DNA of 64,000 nt from Antedon mediterranea (Eukaryota; Animalia; Echinodermata), in contig NC_092677.1 of assembly GCF_964355755.1 (NCBI RefSeq), forward strand, positions 4,238,101-4,302,100, written 5' to 3'. Under the pieces are notes generated by a model. It was not told the origin of the DNA. It worked only from the letters and a program-made list of their open reading frames with translations, and did not search any database. A program made the position numbers and the translations under genes. Every line of letters begins with the position of its first letter. The first letter of the stretch is position 1. Of this stretch, positions 26,301 to 39,539 are shown one piece after another.

Positions 26301-29300
26301 TACCTCTATACTTGGAATGTACTGTACTACATGGAGAATGTTTGACATGATGCATAAAAAACTACTGAATTTTTCTATTTAAAATACAGACATTTATGTG
26401 GAGTGGTCAAGACATGCCTGTCCCTTTTATAGAAGTCCTGGATGTATCCTGGTTTGAAGTCGTTATCCAGTAGTGACCTGTGATGGACAGATCAGGCAAG
26501 CATGGAAATAACCCTACCTTATACCATTTTATAATTAATGTAAAGTGCTATACTGCAGTAACCTGTACTGTAGCTTTCCATTGGGATACCCCTGATCAGG
26601 AAAAACCTCTGTTAAGGGGACTCTTTCCCATATTTAATGAACAAGGAGGCAATAAAACTAACCTCTATTAAGGGGGCCACATGTACTGTATGAGTTCATC
26701 CAAACAATGATCCAAAATTAATATTTCAAATAAAAAAACTAGAAATCTATCTAAAGAAACAATATATACAGGTAAACAAAATTGTTCATGCTTTATACCT
26801 GTGCTGATAGGAAAGTTTGGAATATCTTTGTAAGAAAAGACCTCTGGGTTTTCAACTTTAGCAGCTAGTCCTGATAAACCAGTTCCGCAGATGATTCCAA
26901 TCTCGGGCTTGATCGACACCTTGCCACGGATGAGGTTGGCCATTGATTCAATCTCATCATAGCTATAGCTGAAAAAATAATCAAAATGTTCAAATAGTGT
27001 GCAAGGGGTGAAGAAGTGTCTGAGGCAGGGGGCTGGTAGGTTCTCTTTTGGTGTGACCGGCCTGAGTGGTCAAATAAGAACTTTAATACCATTATGGGCT
27101 TCAAAGTATACTGTAAGTAACTGAATGTGGGTCACAAGAGGCATTTTAGCTTTTGTTTTTAATATACTGTACCAACACCAAATTTCAAGTTCATTTCATT
27201 TAAAGAAAATAAACACTGCATATCATGTGTAATGTAAAAAATATTATGAAAAAATACAGAAATCACAACACCACAGTATCTATTAAATATACAATTACAA
27301 GAAAGCATACAGTGAGCTATTCCCAAATCAGTGCTTTATGACCAACCACCATCTATTTAATTGTAAGTGTATTTTAAAACCTATGTTTTTATTTTAGTCA
27401 CATGCAAAGCATCCAATGCATTAAAATGAATGAAGCATGGTGATAAAAATATAAATCAAGTACAAAATACCAGATAATTATTCATACTGCTATTCAGGGT
27501 GGAAATGAGAGGGGAGAGGAAGAAAAGGAGTAGGGAGAAGAAAGAAGTGGAAATAATTAGGAGGAAGTGAGAGGGAAAAAGAGTGGGATGCAAAGGAGAA
27601 GGAGAAAGAGAAAAATGGAGAGGAAAGAAGTAAGGAAGTGAGGAAAAGGGGAGAAGGACTTAGACTATGAGAGAAGGGGGAAATGAGAGGGAGGGAGAGG
27701 AAGAAAAGGAGGTAGGGAGAAGGAAGAAAAGTAGATGGAGAAGGACGAAATTTTAAGAGGAAGTGAGAGGGAGGAAGTGAGAGGGAGAGAGAGGGGATGG
27801 AAGGCCGAGGGATAAAGGTTAAGAGGGAGAAAGGGTACATAAAAGGGAGAGGGGAGAAGCAAGGTGACGATGATGGGAGAAAGAAGACTATGAGAGGAAA
27901 AATGAGAGGAAATATTGTAAGAGGAAGTGAGAGGGATAAAGGGTGATAGAAGGAAGAGGGAGGAGATATTAGAAGGAAAAGGAAGTGAGAGGGATAAAGG
28001 GTGATAGAAGGAAGAGGGAGGAGATATTAGAAGGAAAAGGAAGTGAGAGGGATAAAGGGTGATAGAAGGAAGAGGGAGGAGATATTAGAAGGAAGAGGGA
28101 GGATATATTGTAGAAGGAAGAGGAAGTGAAAGAGAGGAAGACAGGAGAAGGTGGAGCAGGAGAAAGTGAAAGGAAGGTACAATAATGCCATTGAGATCAA
28201 TGAAAGGCTATATAGACTATCTAGAGAAAGGGTGAGTTTGTTACCCGTACAGATGTATTGAAATATATGGTTGTCTATAAATGCATTTATTATTATTAAA
28301 CCAAGCAGAAATTCCAAATTCACAAAAGAGAATGCCTTTTTAAAATAAATTAATAACGTACTCTACTTTCACCATTAAAGAATAAAAAAAAAGGCAAACA
28401 ATTTACAATATGTTTACTTACTGGACGTTACTGTGAACATCGTTCCAGCAAAGCAAATTAAAAGAAAACAAATGCTCAATTATTTTGATATCAAGAATAC
28501 AGTAAACAACATTCAGCAAGGCAGTTTCTATACTGTACCCACAATCAGCCACACGCTAGAACCATGTATCGAAACTGGGCTCATTTTACAGTGCACATCA
28601 AACACCACATCATAACGTACATTCCCGCAATTGTTCGCTGAATTTTGCTAATAATATGCAAATGAGGAGAATGTTGACGTCATCCGTTAAAGTTAACATT
28701 TATTTATTATTTCTTTATTCCGACATAAAATCATAGGATAAAAACACAATAAAGTATGAGACAGCAAACTTATTTTCATTTGCTCCTGTGAAAGCTCCTA
28801 TTACTTTAGTAGATAAAGTTGAGTAATTTTACCAAGTAAATGGTGTCAAGTAACTGAACTTGAGTTTGACCTTGATAAATGACCTTGTGGTTACTAATCA
28901 CATCCTGGAACCTATTGGCATTTTTGTTTGGATATCCAGCCTAATTACAGAGGACAGCTGGACAAATTGTACATTTAATTGTTATTAATTATTTTGATAA
29001 AAATATAGTTTAATTCATTATTTTTGGTTAAGTTTTGTGTTGCAATTACTGTAATAATGCCTCATCTACAATCATGAAAAGTGCCCATGTACATGTACAA
29101 TAGTCCAGACGAGGTATTAAGAAAATATTAATTTCATTTCTTTTCCTTTTTTGTATAAATTTGGACAATGTACTGTATCAAAATGTTACTACAACGGCTG
29201 GCATACGCTGACATTAATATACCGCCAGCTTTGACAAAAATTACCCGTAATTTATTTGAAACACAAAAACACAAGTTAAACGCTAGCCTAGGCTTCTTGT

Positions 29301-29737
29301 GCAAAGTTAGCTGTTCTGTTGTTGGACACCATCCATGCCATGCTTTGTTTCTAACTAAAGTAAAAAATGAAATTAGTTAGACTAGCTAGTAGTAGGCTGA
29401 CTACTACTACTAGTTTAGCCTTAGGCCTACTAACTAGGGCCTAGCCCTAGGCGTAGTACTAGTACTACTAGTAGGGCTAGCTTAGGCTAGTAGTAGACCC
29501 CTACTCACTACAGACAGAGACTGACTGAGAGGCCTATATAGGCTATATAAACTCTTTACTACACTAGTAGTACTAGTAGGCCTACCTAGAGGCGCGCCGA
29601 CACTCACTCAGTAACAATGAATGAGGCCTTAGCCTAAGCCTAGGGTAGAGAGTATTACTATTGATAATTAGTTTTAATAATAGATATACTTACGTTTTAC
29701 CCACTCTACCAGCAGAGCACACTGAACCACTTTCCAT
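17317..29737 (-). CDS. PNP: Purine nucleoside phosphorylase (trimeric, eukaryotic type), 296 aa, 6 exons
   Basis: Exons on -: 29737-29694, 26968-26799, 20769-20666, 19993-19818, 17906-17716, 17522-17317. Total 891 nt, all GT-AG and in phase. Motifs [82 protein letters not shown]. Exon 1 is the least certain. Confidence 0.96.
18311..18469. repeat. Long inverted repeat (73-bp arms, 12-nt loop) in PNP intron 4
   Basis: 18311-18384 is the reverse complement of 18397-18469 apart from one bulged base. Confidence 0.95.
19361..19543. repeat. 2 x ~90-bp tandem duplication in PNP intron 4
   Basis: ATTAAAAATAAGATA..TGAGTCTTATTTTGTATAAATGTA occurs twice. Confidence 0.9.
20055..20342 (-). mobile_element. 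tRNA-headed SINE with a Deu/Nin-like central domain (second copy ~21405-21632; fragment ~22153-22180)
   Basis: On -: A box TGGTGAGCGG and B box GGGTTCAAGG, then GTGCACTTTAAAGAACC..TTTCGAGACGAGTAGGGGGTTACCCC, which resembles the DeuSINE/AmnSINE core (recognised from memory, not aligned). Confidence 0.65.
22809..25278. repeat. GA-rich polypurine minisatellite (units such as GAAGGGAGAGGAA) with a duplicated 236-bp spacer, PNP intron 2
   Basis: Almost pure purine on + over 23877-25278; spacer 22977-23212 repeated at 23641-23876. Confidence 0.97.
27497..28180. repeat. Degenerate GA-rich tract with three ~60-bp repeats, PNP intron 1
   Basis: GGAAGTGAGAGGGATAAAGGGTGATAGAAGGAAGAGGGAGGAGATATTAGAAGGAA repeated three times at ~27922-28095. 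Confidence 0.9.
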
Positions 29738-29759
29738 GGTTAATTTAACAAAATAGCAA

Positions 29760-29955
29760 ATAAATACACAAAATACTGCGTAGCCCTCGCAAGCGTGTCA
29801 CAGTTGTGATAAAAATATTAATGAATGAAAACTACGTCTCTCTAGTTGGCGCGTTTTCATTCCCGATTGTCGTGAACCGGATGTGTGACGTCAATAATTG
29901 ACACGCCCACAACGTGCCTTTTCCCACGTGCCGTGTGTAGGCCTAGATGACGTTG
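29760..29955 (-). promoter_or_regulatory. Probable PNP proximal promoter
   Basis: CpG-richer patch just upstream of the ATG with ACCGGATGT (ETS-like, 29876), TGACGTCA (CRE, 29886), CACGCCC (KLF/Sp-like) and CACGTG (E-box, 29925). Confidence 0.55.
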
Positions 29956-32900
29956 TTTGAAAAAAGTTTTACAGACATATCATATTAACGTTTTTTGTGT
30001 TTTGTTTGCAACTTTACTTTTTGTAAACCCTCAGCCCAACTACAGTTAGTGCTTTATTTTTACACAGCTTAAAAAAGCAACTATCAAATAAACTTGAGGG
30101 CGTACTAATGGATTCCATAAAACTACTCTAAAATTATAAATCAAATCCAAATTGTAAACAAAATTGATTGTGCAGATTGATTGTACAGACAATATAGATA
30201 ATTTGTCACAATTTATATTATTTTAAGATTTGATCACGACGTAAAGGTCATTTTTAAATGATACGGTATGTTGCTATAACAAGACATACACTCTAAAAAA
30301 ATATATCAAATATGTAATGTACCATCCTCTATGTCATAATTACCGGTATGCCTCACTCTAAATTAAATAGGAAGAGTACCGTAAAACCGAAAAAAAATTA
30401 TAAAAATAAACCCCCTCTTTGGTTTGCAAAAGTAATTTCGAAAAGAAGCTCATCCCGAAATCAAGCCCACTGGGCTTCTTTTCAAGATAGGCTTCTCTTA
30501 ATGTCAGATGCAGACAAACAATGATCGTATTTAAATCATAATTTTTTAATGCGTTTTTAAAAATATACCTTCTTATTTTTTTGTTTAATTCAAAATAAAG
30601 TCAATGTTTGTATTATCAGGGAAGAGTTAATTTTAATTCTTCCCTGGTATTATTGATGAGAAAATCCGTTTATAGATTATACTGCTATTGAAAACAATTA
30701 TAGGCATAAATAAAATCGACTATCTACTAATATAATATCAGTTTCATCAGTTATGCCGTGTGTATTCGTTTTGAAATCCGATACCATCGATGGGGTACGG
30801 GTTGAAACACGGAACGGGAATGTGTTAATTAGGTTATCTTAAAGCATTAGAGCACACACACATAAAAATATGATAATACATAAACATTATTTTAGAAGTT
30901 CTAGAATACATATGACTTCGGTAGTTCAATAAAAATCATTATTAGAATAACTTTCATTAACACAATTCGTTTGACCAATCGGTAGCGTACAGGTGGTGAA
31001 GATGCGTTTTCACTCATTTAGTTTTTCCGTCAAGTTATATTAACACACAATTATATTAATACCGAATGCTACTTTTTTTTCCTAGTCTATATTATTTTAT
31101 TAGAAAAAATAAATTTTCGTTTCACGTATTAAACAAAAACATAGAAAAAAAAAAGTGCACGAAAATAATGGAAACAGCAACAAAAATATCTCATAAATAA
31201 AATATTCAGAAATAGTTAAGTTGAACTAAGGGTGATGATTTAATTTTATAGAGTTTATACTTTTTGGTCAGATGTTTGCTCTATTACTTTGAGCGTAGGG
31301 CTGGGGTTAGATTTGAGCGCAAGTGAGAATAGAAACAACATCAGACCAATTATTAGCTACTTTTCGCAATATCTGTATACAATTCTTTACGTTAAACCAG
31401 TAATTAATTTCGACTTGTTGTCACGTCAACAACAAGTCTTAATCTCCGGCAAGGACTGGATGTTAGTGGTTGCTATGAGTAGCTTTGCTATATGAGTTGT
31501 AGAGCAGCGCCCCCATCCATATTGGCAAATATTCTTCGCAATAGCTAAGCAATTGTGTTTTGCAGTAGGCCTACGGCTAATTGGTGTAAATATCATCTCT
31601 ATAATTATCTTAACTATAATTGGGATAAGACTAATTAACGATACCTTGGCAGCACATTATTGAAATTCGTCATTACCACACACCTTTAAACAATTATTTC
31701 CAATATTTCTATTTTACCATCACTTTTTTTACCTAATTAGAAAGCAATAACATTCCGAGTTTCGAGTCTTGAGGCTTTAATCAATTTTCTAGACTAATTA
31801 CCGACGCATTTGCAACAAGTCATAATCCGTAATACCTTTAGAAACAACATTTCTACGATAATCATCGCCACATCCAAATTAATATGTTATAAAGGTAGAC
31901 TAATTAGAAACTAAGTCTGTATATCATTATAAACAGAAAACATTTTAAACTCGGAGCTAAACTCTGCAGCAAACAGCTGATAATTATAAAGATAAGTAAT
32001 TATTTTTATTTCATCCGAATATTCCATTAGTACGAACAGGAATTTCTAGAAAAAATATATTTAATTTATATTAATATAATAATATTAAATAATAAACAAT
32101 TATATTAACATAAATGTATTATATATGATCTCTGGTGCGCATGCGTACAATTGAGGAACTATTGCTTTAACGCCGTACCACGCCGAGAATGTTAAAGAAT
32201 CGGTATCCAATCGAGTTTGAACAATACCATGGAAGTTCCGGGTCTAATGGTTAGGATATTTGCATATCAAGCAGAAGGTTCCGGGTTAGAGTCGGAGTTT
32301 GGGCGACTTTTTCTCATAATTCTCACAGATTTTCTCATCCTTATCGTGTCAAATTAATTATCATTATCAGTGCAATGAAATTAATAATATATTGAAGTAA
32401 TATAAGAACACAATTTTAATTAAATCCGAAGGCAAGTTAATAAGAAAAAAATGACAATGCTGTGGCTGCATCTCTAAATGGAGATACGAAATAAAATAAG
32501 CAAAAAGCTAAAGCAAGACGAAAAAGTAAAACAGCCAGAGAAATATATAGCATCATTTTAATTGAATATTCTGTTCGAATCATTGTCACTCTGTATGGAT
32601 GACAATACCACCACAATATAGTTGTAGAAAAATATATACTTATATTATAAACATTAAAACAATATTTAACATATCAATATCCGAACAATCATTAATAAAT
32701 GAGATACAAAAACAAATTAAATTAATTTAATATTCTAGTATCGAGTCGTTAGGGAGTTGCGAATCATACGAAGTGTCATTAAGATTGATGGGTAATGAAC
32801 TGTAATATCTCTTTCTATTATCATGATGAAAAACCTGACTTACAAAATTGTCAACAAAACCTAGTATATCCATGTATTCAAGGATTATTATAATTTAATT

Positions 32901-33520
32901 ACATAATACCTCAGTAGTTATATTGATTATATTGATGTTCAATGCTATGCTAATAAATTCAGTTTTTATACTTAGAATGTTAGCTATTACACAAAATGTA
33001 CAATCGCATCGCACAAATAAGACAGCGTATTAATTAAAATAGACATGCCTAGAAACGGCATAGTTAGAAGACTCGTCGTAATAAATACAAAAATAATATA
33101 ATTATGCTACCCGTCTCCACATCGGGTTCCCTGCATAGAAAACCAATCGATAATAATCGCTTAATATTAGCGCAAGCACCTTTAGGAAATAAATGTTTTT
33201 TTATTTTAAAATTCATTTATAAAATAAATGGCAAGCGTTTATATAACATCACATCAACTATTTCTAAACTCTTTCTTGCATAATATTACAAAGTGTGTCT
33301 GCTGAAAACTGTCCGCCTTCCTCTTTGTAATAATCAATGGAAGAATTAGGCAAAGGCACGGACAAAACTATTATGATCGGGAGACTTGTCTTCAGGAGGA
33401 CGGGATCTTTGGATTGTTACAAAGTGAAGAAAAACCAGCAAAAGTGTTTTCATTGCCTTATACGTGCTGTGCTATATATTTTCGAATAGTTTAAGAGTTT
33501 TTTTCCATCACAGTAAATTG

Positions 33521-34444
33521 TCACAATTTACATACCTTGAATTTCTTCAATGCACGCAATATACACTTTCTAATGTCATCTTTACGAAATGAATATATAA
33601 TTGGATTGAGAGCACAATTACACGACGCTGTGAGTGAGAGTATGGTACTGAAAGCTGCGATGCTGTCAAGAGACAGAGGAACACAGAAGCATATAAGGTT
33701 GTGATAGGCGACAAGAGGCGTGAAACAGACAGCAAATCCACATACGATGAAACTTGTAGTTTTAGCGGCTCTTAATTCTGTTCGGCGGGCACTGCTAACA
33801 GCCTTACTAGTCATCGACAGTGATATCCTCCTTGCGATCATAAATATCTTCATATGTACGACGGTAACAATCACGATCATTCCATATACCGTTATCACAG
33901 GAAAGAGAAAATTTAATCGAATATCTTGAATGTTTGATTTTGGACATGTATACAATAGCGTATCCGGTATAGTGTATTCGAACACTACCAGCAGAAGTCC
34001 AACTATCCATGTACACGCAATTAACTTGAAGGAAGTCGATGTAGTCATTTTTTTAACGTAACGAAACGGTTTTAAAATGGCAAACAATCGGTCTAGGCTT
34101 ATTAGTAAAATGTTAGCAACAGATACCAATATTGTGAAAACACCAACGCTGTACAATACCACGGTGTATGTCTCTCTATTTAGCGCACGTGTTACGCTTA
34201 GTAAAACAAGCGTGATCCCGGATATAAAGTCTGCGCACGCTAAATTAAATAAGAAGTAGAAACGTGGATGATGTAGTCTATTGTATCGATATATGACAAA
34301 CATAACAAATCCATTTCCAAGCGCTGCTAATAAACCAGTCACTGGCCAAATAAAATACAAAATTAAGTAATTCATATTGGTAACTTTGAGAAAAATAAGA
34401 TAGTTGACCTGCCAAAAGTCATCTTCCAAAGCCGAAGAATTCAT
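33521..34444 (-). CDS. Class A (rhodopsin-like) GPCR, single-exon ORF, orphan/putative chemoreceptor (GPCR1)
   Basis: 307-aa ORF with 7 hydrophobic segments; GN (TM1), NLACAD (TM2), SLDRL (TM3), ELRAAKT and CFTP (TM6), NPIIY (TM7). Confidence 0.93.
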   Translation of the reverse strand: MNSSALEDDFWQVNYLIFLKVTNMNYLILYFIWPVTGLLAALGNGFVMFVIYRYNRLHHPRFYFLFNLACADFISGITLVLLSVTRALNRETYTVVLYSVGVFTILVSVANILLISLDRLFAILKPFRYVKKMTTSTSFKLIACTWIVGLLLVVFEYTIPDTLLYTCPKSNIQDIRLNFLFPVITVYGMIVIVTVVHMKIFMIARRISLSMTSKAVSSARRTELRAAKTTSFIVCGFAVCFTPLVAYHNLICFCVPLSLDSIAAFSTILSLTASCNCALNPIIYSFRKDDIRKCILRALKKFKVCKL

Positions 34445-37400
34445 GCTGTTTTAACGTCACTACCAGCACGGCACAATCCAAATCCTGACGATCAAATTCC
34501 AGAATACGATGAACTGCCAATGTATGTTACACTATGAAGCAACATCAAAATTGTTTCTACATTTACCACATTGATAACCGAGATGATTAACTAGCTGGCG
34601 TTTTATTCATTATGAAGTATTTCTAATGCTTTTCAACGAATCATTTAGTTCGCATTTTTATGCTCTAAACCGATTGGATCAAAATAGAGCACTCCCATTT
34701 ATGATCAGTGTAACAGTAAAACAGGGACAATAACACAATTATTCGTGGAGTTGCCTATACAATTGGGTGTGGATGATTATTTTAATTAATACACGATCAA
34801 GGTATGAACTTCGGGTTCAATAGACTCAAAGGTGACAATTGGACTACTGTCAATTATTATTCTATTTATAGGCAGGTGAGATACAATGATTGGGTGATAA
34901 AATACATACCCGCATGATGTACTAATTTAATATGAAATATATAAATATAAAAATATATAATATTTGACAGGCATAGAAGAATGATATACATGGAATTGCT
35001 TATTGCATTCTTAAACAGTAAAGAGGAAGAAAATGTAAGATTGAGAAAAACCCTGAGATGAGATTCAACCCTGAATCATTCTGCTGGATATGCTGACGTC
35101 TACCTAACTGTATTTGACAACGCGGGTCTGATGTTCCCATATATGGACATGATGATGTAATATCACTACCATATTTGGATATATCACTACCATATTTGGG
35201 CACATCACACTTTTTGACCAATCACAAACGATAGTTTGTCTACCTAGACCACTGATACTTTTGTCGTATGGTTCAAATTCGATTGAGATTTCAAGACGGC
35301 TTCTCTTGACTAACTCTACCGTGCTCCAAAATGCAAGCTAATACGTCTGGTGGTAGAGAGCCGGTTGTAGGTGATGGGTGGGACCCCAGTAGTAGGCCTA
35401 GGCCTACACTGTCGCAGTGCTACGTACTGAGCTACTACAAAGCTCATATCTTTGGCGAAAAAGTCAAAGTAATTAGCCTTCTGATATCCCTGCCCCAAAG
35501 CAAGTCAAGCTCACGCCTGGCGCCTACTTGCGGGTGGTTAAGGCTAACAAAAACTTTTTTAAATCAAATATCTTAAAGAAGATTTTTTATTTTATACTTC
35601 CCACAAAACCAAAACAAAATCTTATTGAAAGTTAAGCCGAATTGTAGAAATCCTCCTTCGTAACTACAACAGCAAGTGATAGTCAGTACCGTTTAATTTA
35701 TGCTTTGTGTTAACAAATTCAGTTACATGCAGTTCATTTTAAAAGAACAAGTTATAAGTGTTTACCGACCGACCAGCATATAGCGAGCTGTAGAAAAAAT
35801 CATGATCAATTTAATTTATTACGAAATATATAATAATTAATATGCACATAGGAAAACCGGAACTTTAGATCAGCTGATCAGATGTTAAAATCGTAATACA
35901 ATAGGCAACATGACACAGTCCTCGAATCATTGACTTGACAAATGCTACGTTTTGACGTTGACGCATTCAAACCTAAGGGCAACAAACGTCCTTAAAGGTT
36001 TCTGTAACTCCCCATATTTACTCTTAAGAGATTCTAAGTCAATTACTTGTCGCTCGCTAATACATTATTATATGTGATTTAACATGCACATTAAAAGTTT
36101 GATTAATATTGCAATTAAAACGAAGTGCATCAAATATATAACTCACAGTACAGTACTGTATTCAAGACACGTCTCAGTGTCTGCACAATATTGATTATTT
36201 TCTCTAGGAACCTTGGCACAGCAATGATGTCAGTGCTGTGTGCATAAATGAAATCATCACGTCGTTTAAAGCGCTGTATATACTGTATATACAAACTCTA
36301 TTTGACAACACAAGTCTCCCATATATGGACATGATGATATCATATCACTACCATATTTGGGTATATCAATACCATATTTGGGCACATTACACTTTTTGAA
36401 TAATCACAAACGAAAATTCGGATGATTCATCGCGTGTGATTGGTCAAATTACTTGAGTTGCGCTTACGCCTTGCATCTTTCCTAGTGGAAATCAAGCTTT
36501 AATGAGTTGACCAATCACAGGCGACTTCGGGTCATAGCTTGGGTGACACTTGGATGCAACGCAATGACATAATCACACTGCAAATTATTTGAACAATCAT
36601 AATCGAAGTAGGATAAAAAGCTTAAGTCTCACTTGGACGCCAAAGAGCACCAGTTGACAAATCAGTTCGGATGATAAGCTAGTTGGTCACGATCCACTTA
36701 GACGCATCGCAAAGACGTAAGCGCATCGTAAGTAATTTGAACAATCACATGCAATGGATCCGAACTTGAATTCATCAAATAGTATTCTATGCAAGGTTCA
36801 AATCCGGTCAGAAACTGTTTCGTGTTTACCTTTCATTTCAATAACGATCATACTCATTTTAGATATGACGAACGAGTAATTTACCAAGTAGCACAATCAA
36901 CACTGAATTTACTACTAATTTGAATATTATCGGTAAAACAATTTAGTTAAAAAACATCTTAATATAACAATAACTACATATTGCTTATGCGCGATCTAGA
37001 TCTCATATCCGTTCTCGTTAATAAATTATTTACACAAAAGGAGTAGTTTGATAGCTAATACTTTATTGATCTGAGAATTAGAAAGATCTAGAAACTCATA
37101 CTGTTTTTCATAATTGCAACTATGACACGCACGCAAGTACTCTATTTTTATTGATATAGTGTAGGCTATTAAGAAACCACCTTTATACGTTTTTTTTTCA
37201 GGTTCATGAGAAGTTTATTCATACACAAGTCAAACCCAATACACTTCCGACGTATCAACAAAGTAAAGTACCGTCCCCTCTCCGTCTCACATTGACATGG
37301 AATGCTCATTTGGTCTAACGTATTAATACTTAAGCGGGTTCTTACACTAACTATGCAATGACGCAACCCGAGTTGACCAACGATAAACGACACGTCGAAT

Positions 37401-39303
37401 AATCCATGGCTTGTGATTTGGTCAACATTTACGTTGGGCTCACGTCATGGCAAAGGCGTAGACTCAACGCAAGCCATTTAACCAATCACAAGTGACATGT
37501 CGAATAATCCATATGGGTCAACATGTTGCGCTTACGTCAATGCTCAGGTCGCTTACATGCCCAGTATCCATATTCAGGCCCACCGTATCAATGCCCACCA
37601 GTGAAGCAGAGGTCCCTACGTATAATGCGCATAGCATCGACATATGCCTACTTAACGTGTCAATGTCTATGTGTTACAGACACAACCTATCAATGCATAG
37701 ACATAAACCTAGTCTGGGTTCCAGACGGAGTTTTGTCTTAATATTAGTAAAAAGATAAATATTTTTGCACATATGACGTTTCATACGTATACTACTTGAG
37801 CTTGGATATTTTGGACAACGTTCCAAGTGACACAGGTATCAATGTTTAAATTAAGTTCACTTAATGGTTTCCTCACTAACTAATACGTCGATACAGTAGG
37901 CCTATGTATAATAAACATGGTATATATTATATACACACGATTAAAAGTAGCCTACAACAAATTGATACGGAGTTTACATATCGTAACATCATAACAATGA
38001 GATAATTCAATATATGCTGTTCGTTATAATAGTTTCATTATTGCTAAGACAAAACAGGTGCTACTCTAACAGAGAAAGTACATTTTCTTAATGTTATCAC
38101 TAATACTGTGCCTTCTTAAAGCGTCACATCAGACAGCTAGAATTGTCTAGGTTATATTAGTGACGTCACACTATAAAATACTTAACGATCATTAACATTA
38201 TGTGTCCATTTAGAGATAGGTGAGAGTACGTAGTTATGCTTTCTTCGTAAAAATAATGTTCAGCTGTTTTTTTCACCAGATATGTCTCGGTTTATTATTC
38301 GAATCGATACAATCTAAACGTTACGTGGGTATAATATACAGTAGTTTTAAAACTAACATTAATGTCATTGCATATGGGTGTATACATACATAATCACATG
38401 CGTCAAAAGAACCAATATGAAAAGGATACAGTAAAAATGGGACACCAATCTAACGTATTGATATCACGTGATATCGCGTGCACAAGACATTACCAAATGT
38501 ACACAATCTATAAAACAGCAAAGGATTACAATTACAAGAAAAAGTGTATGTTATGATTATATTCAATATCACTCATCAATTAATAATACCTGTAATATTA
38601 ATAAATTGTACAATCAACAAGAACCCTAACCATAGGGAGAGCATCTGGAGAACCAAACTTAAAGCCTTGGCTTAATGCGTCCTCCTCACACAATTATATT
38701 TATTAATTTATGTTCTGTATTATATTGTATTGTGTGAAACAATAAACCTGAAAGGTCGATACACTTTAAAGCCATCAAGTCGATCATAATTGTTTTTGCT
38801 GAATTGTTTATGAATATTAGCGATCAAATAAAAGAAGATGGAACTGTGTGAAAAAAAGCATCTTCTGTTGCAAAATTCACCTTCACGGCGCCTTTAATTA
38901 AATTAGCCTAGAAACATGATTTGAATCTCTTCGGTGATAAAACGTCATCTCAACTCCTTAAAAAGAGGCTGGCGTCTTGACCACTTAGATCACAGAATAT
39001 ACTGATGAGTAGGCTATAGCGTTTTTCTTGTTTTCTAGATACAAACCTAAAGTATTGTTTCTGAGTAAGGCGTATCAATTTGATACCGGTATGTTGCATG
39101 TGTGTATACACCAATAATTACAGTGCGCGCCTGATTATAACTCACAATGATAGGTCAATATTGGTTTATTTGTATGTTGACCATTTTAAGAATTGTTCTT
39201 CTCATACTAAAGTGTGTCTATCATTTGAGGCTTAAGAGGTGCAGTAGAAGCAGCTGTGAGTCACAGGTCTGGACCGGCAGAATCTCCAAACTCTCTCCAA
39301 ATG

Positions 39304-39438
39304 AACAAGAAGTGTTTTGAAATAGAAAACAATGTCATATACATGGCTGCAGTCGCGTGCTTAAGTTAGTGTTTACCGACCGACCAACCAACCGACCGAC
39401 ATAGTGAGCTGTAGAGTCGCGTTGCACGCGACTAAAAA
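39304..39438 (-). mobile_element. Short HINE/Helentron-like element (related copies at 62059-62129 and a partial one at ~35725-35795)
   Basis: Terminal hairpin AGTCGCG-TTGCA-CGCGACT, subterminal AGTCGCGTGC, (CCGA/CCAA)n core. Confidence 0.6.
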
Positions 39439-39539
39439 TGGGATAAACGAATATTTTTAACATCTGCATTAAATTTGATGAAAAGGCAAATTACTCTTCT
39501 TAAAATAATGTCTTCTTAATTGTGTAAATGTCAGTAAAA

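Noticed and set aside
28480-28550. [16 protein letters not shown] on -, resembling the LINE RT motif HSTETALL
   Set aside because: Too short, with an upstream stop and no other RT motifs.
32230-32310. tRNA-like sequence (GGTCTAATGGTTAGG..GGGTTAGAGTC); similar weak case at ~38905-38998 on -
   Set aside because: The B box and stems are degenerate; at best a decayed SINE head, not a tRNA gene.
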